Source: a virus. From it: 64,000 nt of DNA. Below, piece after piece: positions 16,123 through 23,592 of this stretch. The notes below the pieces were generated by a model. The model was given only the letters and a program-made list of their open reading frames with translations, was not told where the DNA came from and did not search any database. The translations under genes and the position numbers were made by a program. The stretch is taken from positions 14,587-78,586 of the IMG/VR virus record IMGVR_UViG_3300025137_000025. One strand, written 5' to 3'. Within the stretch, counting starts at the first letter, position 1. The number at the start of each line of letters is the position of its first letter.

Positions 16123-18242
16123 TCTCGTACAATTGTTTGTTTAACAACTCGACCGTTGTATTCCACTACTACGATATACACTCCTGCGGTAGGGAGTTCT
16201 ATTTGTGAATTAATTGTTGTTATTAGTTCTTGCCCTATAGAGTTATAAATAGTGCTTACACTACTCGGGGGAGCTTGAATATTTATGGTTCTATTTGTTG
16301 GGTTTGGGTATATGCTTATTCTTTCAAAGAGCTCGGGGATGTTTGTTACCCCGTCTCCACAGTACTCATACATTTCTACACACACGTTGTCCCAATTAGT
16401 TTCACAGCAGTAGGGGTCAATACTAATAACCCATGAGTAGCACTGGTCGTTTCCCCAGTACGGATCGCCTGGCTCTCCTATACATCCTGCATCATATAAA
16501 CACTGCTCATTATCTGCAGTATTAGCATCTGCATTAAAGTTGTAAGCGTCTGTGTCCATGCACCCCTCTAGCACATCAATACAACCGCCCCCATCAGCGT
16601 TTGCTTCTTCGTCGTAGTTAATTGCATCTGGATTAGTACATCCGTAAATGAAGGCTACGCAACTTCCGTTGTCTGTGTTTGCTTCCGCGTTGTAGTTAAA
16701 CTGTGTGGGATCGGTACAACCAAAGACAATCTGTTCGCAGTCCCCACTATCAGTAGCAATAGGGTTGTAATTAAATGCTGTAGCATCCATGCATCCAACT
16801 ATTTCTAACTCATCGCAAACTCCATCGTTGTCCAAATCTGTAACACACTGATTATCACAGGTATAGAACTCTATGGGAAGTGTGCAGTCTGATTCTACAT
16901 TTGCATCAGGATTGTAGTCACATGCAATTGGGTTTGTGCACCCAACTACAGCGTCAATGCAGAAGTCTTGACAATAAGGAACACCTTCGTATTTAAATGG
17001 GAACTTATTTATTGGGTCAGTCCAAGGGTTACTTCCAGCTTCCATAAATATTCCAGTAGGACTGGTGAAGAAGAATCCGCATTGGGCGGCGGTAGTTTCA
17101 GCGTTACCTCCTGTAAAGAACATTACTTCTATAGGTTCTCCTGAGTACAGTGGGATAAGGAACTGCTCTTCTGTCCCATCATTAGGACCCATTTGGAATG
17201 GGCCAAATATCTCATCCCCTTGCACAACACCTAACCAGCTCCCAAACCATCCGTCACCTGCTCCGTCTGTTATTGTAAGGAGTGTCATACATAATGACTG
17301 TGTTTCTAGTGTGTTAGCGTCGGGGTTAAAATTAACTGCGGTAGAGTCTATGCAGCCCAGGATCACCTCGGTTAGGCAAGACTCGTCATCTATATCTGCA
17401 AGTGGGTTGTACTCAGTAAAGTTAGGGTCTGTGCATCCCTCTAGTACATCAGTTGTGCATGCATCTACAGCAATAGGCTCGCTGGAGATAGTGGAGTATT
17501 GCAAAGTATCTCCTATATAGTATAGCGTATCTCCACATAAAGTAGTTATTGAGATATTACCATCAACCCCACCATAGCAGCTCCCGCACATCCCATCACC
17601 AAAAGTGTCTAACACTTCTAAGACAAGAGTGTCCCCAACAGCAACGCACACATCATGTATTACTGGGATTCCTACAGAAGTATACCCACTGCCCGATAGT
17701 ATCTCTACTTCATTAGACTGCAGTCCCCAACTAATCTCGCCTGCGTATGTGTCTGGGGTTACTGTTACAATAATGGTGGTCTCTCCATTGTCACAAGGTT
17801 GGGGCGGATAAACACAAGGTTGAGAAGCATTAGCCCAAGGATTGTAGTCTACTGCTATTGGGTCAGTACATCCAAAGATGGGTGGGGGACAAGGAAGTAC
17901 CTCAAATGGGAGTATTAGTTCTGGGCTATTGAAGTCGTATACTGCTGTATCTAATTGGCAGGAATTACTAAGGGCAAACCACCCTTCCCCAAACCCACAG
18001 CAGATCCCGTCCCCAAAGCTGTCGTATATGATAAACTCGTAGTTACCTGGGGAGAGAAAGACAAGCTGCTCGTTGTATGAGTTACTTGCGTAAGTGCTTG
18101 ACTCTTCTATAACTTCCTCGTCCTGTACGATTACCCAGCTAGTCTCGAGTGCGTACTGGTCTGTTTGAAGTTCCACAATTACCCAGCTCTGTCCCAGCAC
18201 TATGCTTGGGAGGAGCAATAACAGTGCTAGCAGCGATCTCAT
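16119..18242 (-). CDS. secreted Cys/Asp-rich protein with 8 GC[TMI][DN] repeats and type-A T9SS C-terminal sorting domain
   Basis: Signal peptide ending in Gln; three 'D..GDG' beta-sandwich modules; 'GCTDP...YN..A..D..C' repeats; C-terminal 'ISIYPNPT...IYNSIGQ...GVYIV...TIVRE'. Confidence 0.88.
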   Translation of the reverse strand: MRSLLALLLLLPSIVLGQSWVIVELQTDQYALETSWVIVQDEEVIEESSTYASNSYNEQLVFLSPGNYEFIIYDSFGDGICCGFGEGWFALSNSCQLDTAVYDFNSPELILPFEVLPCPPPIFGCTDPIAVDYNPWANASQPCVYPPQPCDNGETTIIVTVTPDTYAGEISWGLQSNEVEILSGSGYTSVGIPVIHDVCVAVGDTLVLEVLDTFGDGMCGSCYGGVDGNISITTLCGDTLYYIGDTLQYSTISSEPIAVDACTTDVLEGCTDPNFTEYNPLADIDDESCLTEVILGCIDSTAVNFNPDANTLETQSLCMTLLTITDGAGDGWFGSWLGVVQGDEIFGPFQMGPNDGTEEQFLIPLYSGEPIEVMFFTGGNAETTAAQCGFFFTSPTGIFMEAGSNPWTDPINKFPFKYEGVPYCQDFCIDAVVGCTNPIACDYNPDANVESDCTLPIEFYTCDNQCVTDLDNDGVCDELEIVGCMDATAFNYNPIATDSGDCEQIVFGCTDPTQFNYNAEANTDNGSCVAFIYGCTNPDAINYDEEANADGGGCIDVLEGCMDTDAYNFNADANTADNEQCLYDAGCIGEPGDPYWGNDQCYSWVISIDPYCCETNWDNVCVEMYEYCGDGVTNIPELFERISIYPNPTNRTINIQAPPSSVSTIYNSIGQELITTINSQIELPTAGVYIVVVEYNGRVVKQTIVRE

Positions 18243-18670
18243 TTTTTTGTTTTTTCAATCGTCCTTCCTGCAAAGTATGCACCGAACGCGGTTAGCATTA
18301 GTATTTGCAATAAGTCGATGTAACTGTCCTTGACGTTGAATGGTAAGCTGTCCATGCTGTCGAACACCATAGTTAGGCAGAACATTACCATTAATGTGAT
18401 GAGGGTAACTGGTCGTATTAGTTTGGCGAGTTTAATATCGCTCCCCATATCAGCCTTCCACCGTTCCGTTACGTTCTCTTGGAATCGCACCTCTGCGTCT
18501 ATCTTTGCCTGCGCCTCGGCAGGGTCGATATCAGGCTCTTTATCTAGGAGGTTTTTTACAAGTCCCAGTGCTCCTTGGTCGGGTAATAGGTCACCCACGG
18601 TACCAAGAATGCTAGGAGCCTTTTCCTTTAACCAAGCACCTAACTTGGTGTCCTTAATCTTCTTGCTCAT
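18239..18670 (-). CDS. holin (3TM/GTA-type)
   Basis: 'VTERWKADM.SD..L.K.IRP' followed by two TM helices and 'AYFAGRTIEK'; start MSKK at 18670. Confidence 0.75.
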   Translation of the reverse strand: MSKKIKDTKLGAWLKEKAPSILGTVGDLLPDQGALGLVKNLLDKEPDIDPAEAQAKIDAEVRFQENVTERWKADMGSDIKLAKLIRPVTLITLMVMFCLTMVFDSMDSLPFNVKDSYIDLLQILMLTAFGAYFAGRTIEKTKK

Positions 18671-18744
18671 ACGACTAGTTAGTTTGTCGTAAAAGTAATC
18701 AATTAAAACCAAACATAATTATCCCCCTTAGGTTTTTATTAAAC

Positions 18745-18955
18745 GACACACTTCCACTCGGCGTATTGAGCCTGACGTCTGGGGGAGTTACTTATTACCG
18801 TGTTCCCAGACCCGAGTTTTATAGTGTCACAATTTGCACAGCTATTGGGGACAACTTCACCGCTATGTTTACCTGTTATCTCAAGGCTGCAGTTATTAAC
18901 CCAACTTCTGACCCCCTACTTCTATCCCTCAGGGGTGATCTAGATTATTCTAGGC
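18745..18955. ncRNA. candidate structured non-coding RNA
   Basis: Nested stems GACAC/GTGTC, ACTCGG/CCGAGT, GTCTGGG/CCCAGAC plus further hairpins in an intergenic region with no credible ORF. Confidence 0.4.
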
Positions 18956-18957
18956 TG

Positions 18958-19095
18958 TTAACTTCCGCAGTTCTCACATGCTTCTGGTGAATCCACGTTG
19001 CATGTAATCTCTCCGGTTTCTATTTTCTTTTCGAGTGCTTCCGTTTTACTCTTATCTAAGAAATCTACGTTGAAGTCGTCCTTTTCGTTTTCCAT
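18958..19095 (-). CDS. 45-aa acidic peptide ending C-x7-C-x2-C-G-S (RNR-alpha tail-like)
   Basis: Hand translation MENEKDDFNVDFLDKSKTEALEKKIETGEITCNVDSPEACENCGS; own TATCTTTA box at 19115-19122. Confidence 0.7.
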   Translation of the reverse strand: MENEKDDFNVDFLDKSKTEALEKKIETGEITCNVDSPEACENCGS

Positions 19096-19134
19096 TGCTA
19101 CTTAATTGGGACGGTAAAGATACGTCATAGTTCT

Positions 19135-19266
19135 TCACCTCCCTTGACCTCGGTACGCTTTTTTGTAATTCTTTGAGTCCTTATGGGCTGACGTCTTAGT
19201 CTTAGCATGAACTCCAGGCCTAGAGACTGTACTCTCTTCTTTTTGGTGTGATTGGATTTTTGCCAT
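19135..19266 (-). CDS. 43-aa basic peptide ending YKKAYRGQGR
   Basis: Hand translation MAKIQSHQKEESTVSRPGVHAKTKTSAHKDSKNYKKAYRGQGR; TAGCTTTG box 5 nt upstream. Confidence 0.75.
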   Translation of the reverse strand: MAKIQSHQKEESTVSRPGVHAKTKTSAHKDSKNYKKAYRGQGR

Positions 19267-19270
19267 GCCC

Positions 19271-19278
19271 CAAAGCTA
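19271..19278 (-). promoter_or_regulatory. Bacteroidota-type -7 promoter box at the head of the minus-strand block
   Basis: TAGCTTTG upstream of ATG 19266. Confidence 0.55.
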
Positions 19279-19396
19279 TACAAAATTCTGGGTAAAAAAA
19301 TTTTATCTGGGAGTTTTTTGAGTGCGTTAACCTACACAATCAATGACCCCCACTATGCATCGTCACCGGGGTATCCCCCCACAAAACTATATTACC

Positions 19397-19570
19397 ATGT
19401 TTAAATTAGCGAATTACCGACTTAGTAAGGAAGGCACATACTTGTGGCATCCAACTGTATTTGGTGTTGACTCGAATGACAGCGTCATCGAAGACTCACC
19501 GCAACCTATCGAAATTGCAGGCAACGAAGCTCTGCATAAGCGTTGGTTGGAACTAACGAAGGAAGCGTAA
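19397..19570 (+). CDS. small early hypothetical protein
   Basis: MFKLANY... 57 aa, followed by hairpins and a terminator. Confidence 0.55.
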   Translation: MFKLANYRLSKEGTYLWHPTVFGVDSNDSVIEDSPQPIEIAGNEALHKRWLELTKEA

Positions 19571-19608
19571 GCTTCTTTCTATTGTGTTGCTCAGTAACAA
19601 TTTACTGA

Positions 19609-19650
19609 AAGGGAGAGAGAACGCACACTAGTGTTCTCCTCCCTCTTTTT
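19609..19650 (+). terminator. intrinsic terminator
   Basis: AGGGAGAGAGAAC...GTTCTCCTCCCT stem followed by a T-run. Confidence 0.6.
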
Positions 19651-19699
19651 CCCCTTTAGTCAAACCTGTTACAATCCGTAACATATAATAGTATCACAC

Positions 19700-19870
19700 A
19701 TGTCTAACAAAGAAGAACGAAAACCAGAGTTTAGATACAGCGGACAATATGTTATGGAGTACACAGAGAACAACGTTGTAGGAGATATTGCATGGGACTG
19801 TGACTATGGATATTTGAAATGGAATGGAACTGAATGGAAACAGTATAATCCAAAGAAAACTGCTTATTGA
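19700..19870 (+). CDS. small early hypothetical protein (56 aa)
   Basis: Hand translation MSNKEERKPEFRYSGQY...LKWNGTEWKQYNPKKTAY. Confidence 0.55.
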   Translation: MSNKEERKPEFRYSGQYVMEYTENNVVGDIAWDCDYGYLKWNGTEWKQYNPKKTAY

Positions 19871-19910
19871 GGCTGTGTTATCATTTTTAAACCCCTTTAA
19901 ATTATTTACC

Positions 19911-20078
19911 ATGACTATACAAGAAGAACTACAGCAAGCTCGAACCAAAAACGTTAACAAAATGCTTGAAAAAATACACAAGGAGCTTAACGAATTGTCT
20001 CAAGAGTTGTCTGGGATGCCAATAGAAGAGTTCATGTTCACTTATGAACCTACCAATCCTTTTTTTAGAGCCCTATAA
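19911..20078 (+). CDS. small early hypothetical coiled-coil protein
   Basis: MTIQEELQQ..., A/T-rich leader. Confidence 0.55.
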   Translation: MTIQEELQQARTKNVNKMLEKIHKELNELSQELSGMPIEEFMFTYEPTNPFFRAL

Positions 20079-20095
20079 ACTAAAATATAATCAAC

Positions 20096-20290
20096 ATGAA
20101 AGAAAGATTATTCCTACGAGCAATGCTCATTATTCTTACTTGTGCACTCTTAGCATCGGTAACAAGTTGTTCAAGCGCAGGGCACACAACATCAACGTGT
20201 CCTGCGTACAGTTTCACTAATCAAAATTGTAATGCAAGTAAAGACATACAATATCAAGAAGACCATATGGACGATCGAGGACTTGAATGA
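20096..20290 (+). CDS. small lipoprotein
   Basis: Basic N-terminus, hydrophobic stretch, lipobox-like 'VTS-C', then 'CPAY'. Confidence 0.6.
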   Translation: MKERLFLRAMLIILTCALLASVTSCSSAGHTTSTCPAYSFTNQNCNASKDIQYQEDHMDDRGLE

Positions 20291-20507
20291 ATTTGCACAT
20301 TACGCAACATCTTCTAAAAAAGACTTAACCAATCACTTGAAGAAGAACAAGGAGAAATATGAAGACGGACAGTTCATTGTCTGTAGATATAACTCTATGA
20401 AAAGTTTAGTTCCGGACTCAGTTGAAACCATTAAAAGTTTTACATTACAGTATAATTTAGAAAAATGGCATCCGAAGAATCTAATTCCCAGTTTTATCAA
20501 GACGTAA
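20232..20507 (+). CDS. hypothetical protein
   Basis: 91-aa ORF in the early operon. Confidence 0.5.
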   Translation: MQVKTYNIKKTIWTIEDLNEFAHYATSSKKDLTNHLKKNKEKYEDGQFIVCRYNSMKSLVPDSVETIKSFTLQYNLEKWHPKNLIPSFIKT

Positions 20508-20659
20508 ACTTAGCCTCAATTGTAGCGACCTACGAGTACGCAACACAGTGTGGTTTAGATGATCTCCGTGAAGGAGCTGCTGATACGTTTTGTCGTTTGT
20601 ATGAAGTATTTGACACTGAAGAGTTACATGCTCTTGGTGTTACAAAAAGCAATGGTTAA
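20465..20659 (+). CDS. hypothetical protein
   Basis: 64-aa acidic ORF. Confidence 0.55.
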   Translation: MASEESNSQFYQDVNLASIVATYEYATQCGLDDLREGAADTFCRLYEVFDTEELHALGVTKSNG

Positions 20660-20713
20660 AGGGACGACCATCAATAGTCCCTACATTTAAATACATTTAC
20701 CTACATAACTATC

Positions 20714-21298
20714 ATGGTAAACGCAATTAACTCAGGTTCTCTGGAGACCTTAACTCCAGGACAAACGCTACTCCTCGCGGCGCGCAAAGTCGAGGGTAAC
20801 AAAACTCAGTTAGAGTTTGCTGAAATTCTTCAACAAGAAGACAGACCAGTCAATGCTCTTGCAATGTTCAATCAATCCGATCCACGATTTAGTGCAGGAG
20901 GGAAACCTCGACGTGCTTGGATGAGTGTTCAAGCAGAAGATGCAGAAGTACTGCTTGGTGTCGACTTGACTACAGATTTCAGTACCAACGAAATGGGTCA
21001 TGTTGTTAAGTCTCTTAACATCTTGAACCCAGAGGTAGACGGACAACGTCTGCGTCCTCAAATCGTTGAGACAACTGAGGCTACTCAGTGGCAGGCAGAA
21101 AACATCCACAAAGCTGCCAAGCGCAAAGGTAAAGACGGAGATTTCATCACCCACAAAGGGATGCATATCTTCACTCAGTCTACCGTTGTGATTGGGGAAC
21201 CAACTAATGTGTTCCTAGACGCGGATGTAGCTGTATCAAACGCAGGTATTCTTGCTAACGGAAGCGTTAGTGTGAATACAGGAGAGATATTCTCCTAA
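20714..21298 (+). CDS. hypothetical protein (possibly ssDNA-binding)
   Basis: 194 aa, beta-rich, ends 'NTGEIFS'; flanked by hairpins; function is a guess. Confidence 0.55.
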   Translation: MVNAINSGSLETLTPGQTLLLAARKVEGNKTQLEFAEILQQEDRPVNALAMFNQSDPRFSAGGKPRRAWMSVQAEDAEVLLGVDLTTDFSTNEMGHVVKSLNILNPEVDGQRLRPQIVETTEATQWQAENIHKAAKRKGKDGDFITHKGMHIFTQSTVVIGEPTNVFLDADVAVSNAGILANGSVSVNTGEIFS

Positions 21299-21363
21299 AC
21301 TGCACAAGCTCGTTACACCAACAGTGTAATGGGAGTTTCGCGTAATGCGAGACCTTAGGACGG

Positions 21364-21397
21364 GAGGGGGACTATAACAGTTCCCCTCTTTTCTTTT
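21364..21397 (+). terminator. intrinsic terminator
   Basis: GAGGGGGA...TTCCCCTC followed by TTTTCTTTT. Confidence 0.6.
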
Positions 21398-21461
21398 CCG
21401 CCAAGAGAGGTTTTGACAATTTCCTCCTCTTGACTTGTTTCATGGTATGAACAGGTGACAC

Positions 21462-21497
21462 GAATAGGCAGCTTGCGGAGGCTGTCTATTTATTTTT
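21462..21497 (+). terminator. intrinsic terminator-like hairpin
   Basis: AATAGGCAGCTT-GCGG-AGGCTGTCTATT followed by a T-run. Confidence 0.55.
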
Positions 21498-21509
21498 AAA
21501 CTTTAAATT

Positions 21510-21746
21510 ATGGGATGGATGAAACTAGTTGCAAACATGCAAGAAAATAACACATTGACGTTATTAAAAGCGGCTTTAGACAAAGCGATAGAGTACAATT
21601 TGAAGTACGTTCACTTTGACGGAGAGATTTTAACTACAGACAAAGCACGTGCTATCGTTACTTTGTTAGAAACTAAACAAAATGATCAAGTTCATAGGGA
21701 ATCAGACACAATTACCGAATTCTACCCCTACGTCTCAAAACAATGA
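21510..21746 (+). CDS. hypothetical protein
   Basis: 78 aa, MGWMK... start, overlaps polA. Confidence 0.55.
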   Translation: MGWMKLVANMQENNTLTLLKAALDKAIEYNLKYVHFDGEILTTDKARAIVTLLETKQNDQVHRESDTITEFYPYVSKQ

Positions 21747-23592
21747 GATTCAACAAGGGACTATTAAAGAATGTAAAGAGTATTGCGAGACCCGTAGCGT
21801 TTTGGGGGTAGACACTGAGACTGAGGGTTTTGACTTCACATGCAAGAAGATGATTATGTTTCAGATCGGGGATGAGCATCAACAATTTGTCGTCGATACA
21901 AGACATGTATCAATAGAACCATTAAGAGAAATATTAGAGTCTAATGAAATTCAAAAGATATTCCACAACGCAAAGTTCGACTACAAATTCATCAAGCAAT
22001 GGGCTGGGATTTCGGTACAAAACGTATACGACACCTATCTCACAGAGAGAGTATTACACTGCGGCAAACTCAATTTCGGTTACTCACTATCAAGATGCTG
22101 TGAGAGGTACATCGGTGTTACTTTGGACAAAGCGGAACGAAGCAAATTCGTTGGACTGCAAAGTCAGCCGTTCACGTACAATCAAATTACCTATGGTGCC
22201 AAAGACGTTGTTTATCTGGTTCAAATTCGGGAGAAACAAAACAAGTTACTGGATGAAAGTGATTTATTTCAAGTTGCTGATCTAGAGAACAAGGCAGTTA
22301 TTGTCTTTAGTGAGATCGAATATGAAGGTTTGATTGTTGATAAAGACAGGTGGGTAGACTTGGCTAATGACAATTTAGAGTTGGCTAGCAGTTTAGAGCT
22401 GCAATTAGATAGAGAAGTAATAGAACATCCTAAGCTCAGTCCTCATTATCATGTCCCAGTACAACAGGATATGTTCTTGCCAGCAGAAGAGCACAGGGTT
22501 ACAAACATTAAGTGGAGTTCACCTGCACAGATGTTAAAACTGTTTCAGTATCTAGTGCCTAAGCTTGAAGATGTCAACGGAAAGAACATATATAAGTACA
22601 GATACAAGCATCCTATAATCAAAAGCTATATACGTTATAAAGAACTAAGCAAGTTAGCTAACGCTTACGGGAATAACTTCTTTAAGTATGTAAACTGTGA
22701 TGGTAAGGTGCACACAAACTTCTCTCAGATACTGGATACTGGTCGAGTTAGCTCAAGTGAGCCTAACATGCAGCAGATACCAGCTGATAATAAGTATCGT
22801 AACTGTTTTATATGCCCTGAGGGTTGGCTATTTGTATCTAGTGACTATAGTTCACAGGAGTTAAATGTTATCGCATTCGGTAGCAAAGACCCTGTATTCT
22901 TAGAAGCACTAGAAAAAGGTCAAGACTTGCACTCTGTATGTGCAGATCTTGTCTTTGAGGATGCATGGACAGATGCAGCTGAAGATAATTGCGCTTACAT
23001 GCGTAATAAGTCTAAATGCAGCTGTCCTAAACACAAAGAGATGCGTACTAAAGTAAAAACTATCAACTTTGGTCTAGCCTATGGCATGGGACCACACAAG
23101 TTAAGTGACACACTTGGGATTTCTGTAAAAGAAGCTTCAGAGCTTATTGATAAATACTTTTCAGCATTCCCAAACATCAAGAAATTCCTTGAGATGCTAG
23201 GGAGATTTGGTAAAATGAATGGCTATATTCGTACGTTCAAACCATTTAAGCGCAAACGTTTCTTCGATTACTGGGACGGTCCCAACACTCCTATGAAAGA
23301 GCTAGGTATGATTGAGCGTGCTAGCAAAAACACACCTATACAAGGTGCGTCTGCTGACATGACCAAGCTAGCTCTTATTAAGATTCACAATTACATACAA
23401 GACAATGATTTGTCAGACAGAGTCAAGATTATTATGACTGTGCATGACCAGATCGACACTATATGTAAAGAGAATATGGCAGAGGAGTGGAAAGACCGTA
23501 TGACAAAGCTGATGGAAGATGCAGCACTGACTATTGTAACTAATGGTCTGTTAAAAGCAGACACAAACATTTCGAAAACATGGGAAAAATAA
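21682..23592 (+). CDS. polA: DNA polymerase family A with 3'-5' exonuclease
   Basis: ExoI 'DTET', 'HNAKFD', 'YGAKD'; 'TGRVSS..PNMQQIP'; motif A 'DYSSQE', motif B 'R..VKTINFGLAYG', motif C 'VHDQI'. Confidence 0.95.
   Translation: MIKFIGNQTQLPNSTPTSQNNEIQQGTIKECKEYCETRSVLGVDTETEGFDFTCKKMIMFQIGDEHQQFVVDTRHVSIEPLREILESNEIQKIFHNAKFDYKFIKQWAGISVQNVYDTYLTERVLHCGKLNFGYSLSRCCERYIGVTLDKAERSKFVGLQSQPFTYNQITYGAKDVVYLVQIREKQNKLLDESDLFQVADLENKAVIVFSEIEYEGLIVDKDRWVDLANDNLELASSLELQLDREVIEHPKLSPHYHVPVQQDMFLPAEEHRVTNIKWSSPAQMLKLFQYLVPKLEDVNGKNIYKYRYKHPIIKSYIRYKELSKLANAYGNNFFKYVNCDGKVHTNFSQILDTGRVSSSEPNMQQIPADNKYRNCFICPEGWLFVSSDYSSQELNVIAFGSKDPVFLEALEKGQDLHSVCADLVFEDAWTDAAEDNCAYMRNKSKCSCPKHKEMRTKVKTINFGLAYGMGPHKLSDTLGISVKEASELIDKYFSAFPNIKKFLEMLGRFGKMNGYIRTFKPFKRKRFFDYWDGPNTPMKELGMIERASKNTPIQGASADMTKLALIKIHNYIQDNDLSDRVKIIMTVHDQIDTICKENMAEEWKDRMTKLMEDAALTIVTNGLLKADTNISKTWEK

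Noticed and set aside
16500-17900. GCTD repeats as a CRISPR array or DGR template/variable repeats
   Set aside because: The repeats are degenerate at DNA level, in frame and protein-level only; no cas or reverse transcriptase gene is in the window.
13181-18242. T9SS cassette as host contamination or chimeric assembly
   Set aside because: It is joined to the phage holin by an ATGA overlap and internally by ATGA/TAATG overlaps, with phage genes on both flanks and no mobile-element scars seen. Read mapping would be the final test.
18766-18990. 74-aa plus-strand ORF
   Set aside because: TTG start, no recognisable features, overlaps the antisense Cys peptide; the region is better explained as structured RNA.
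19562-19683. N4-like ssDNA hairpin promoters for the virion RNAP
   Set aside because: Hairpins exist but share no common loop or stem sequence, so a promoter consensus cannot be supported.
8907-23592. Introns or inteins in terminase and PolA
   Set aside because: Both are continuous and of normal size, with no LAGLIDADG/HNH or intein splice motifs seen.
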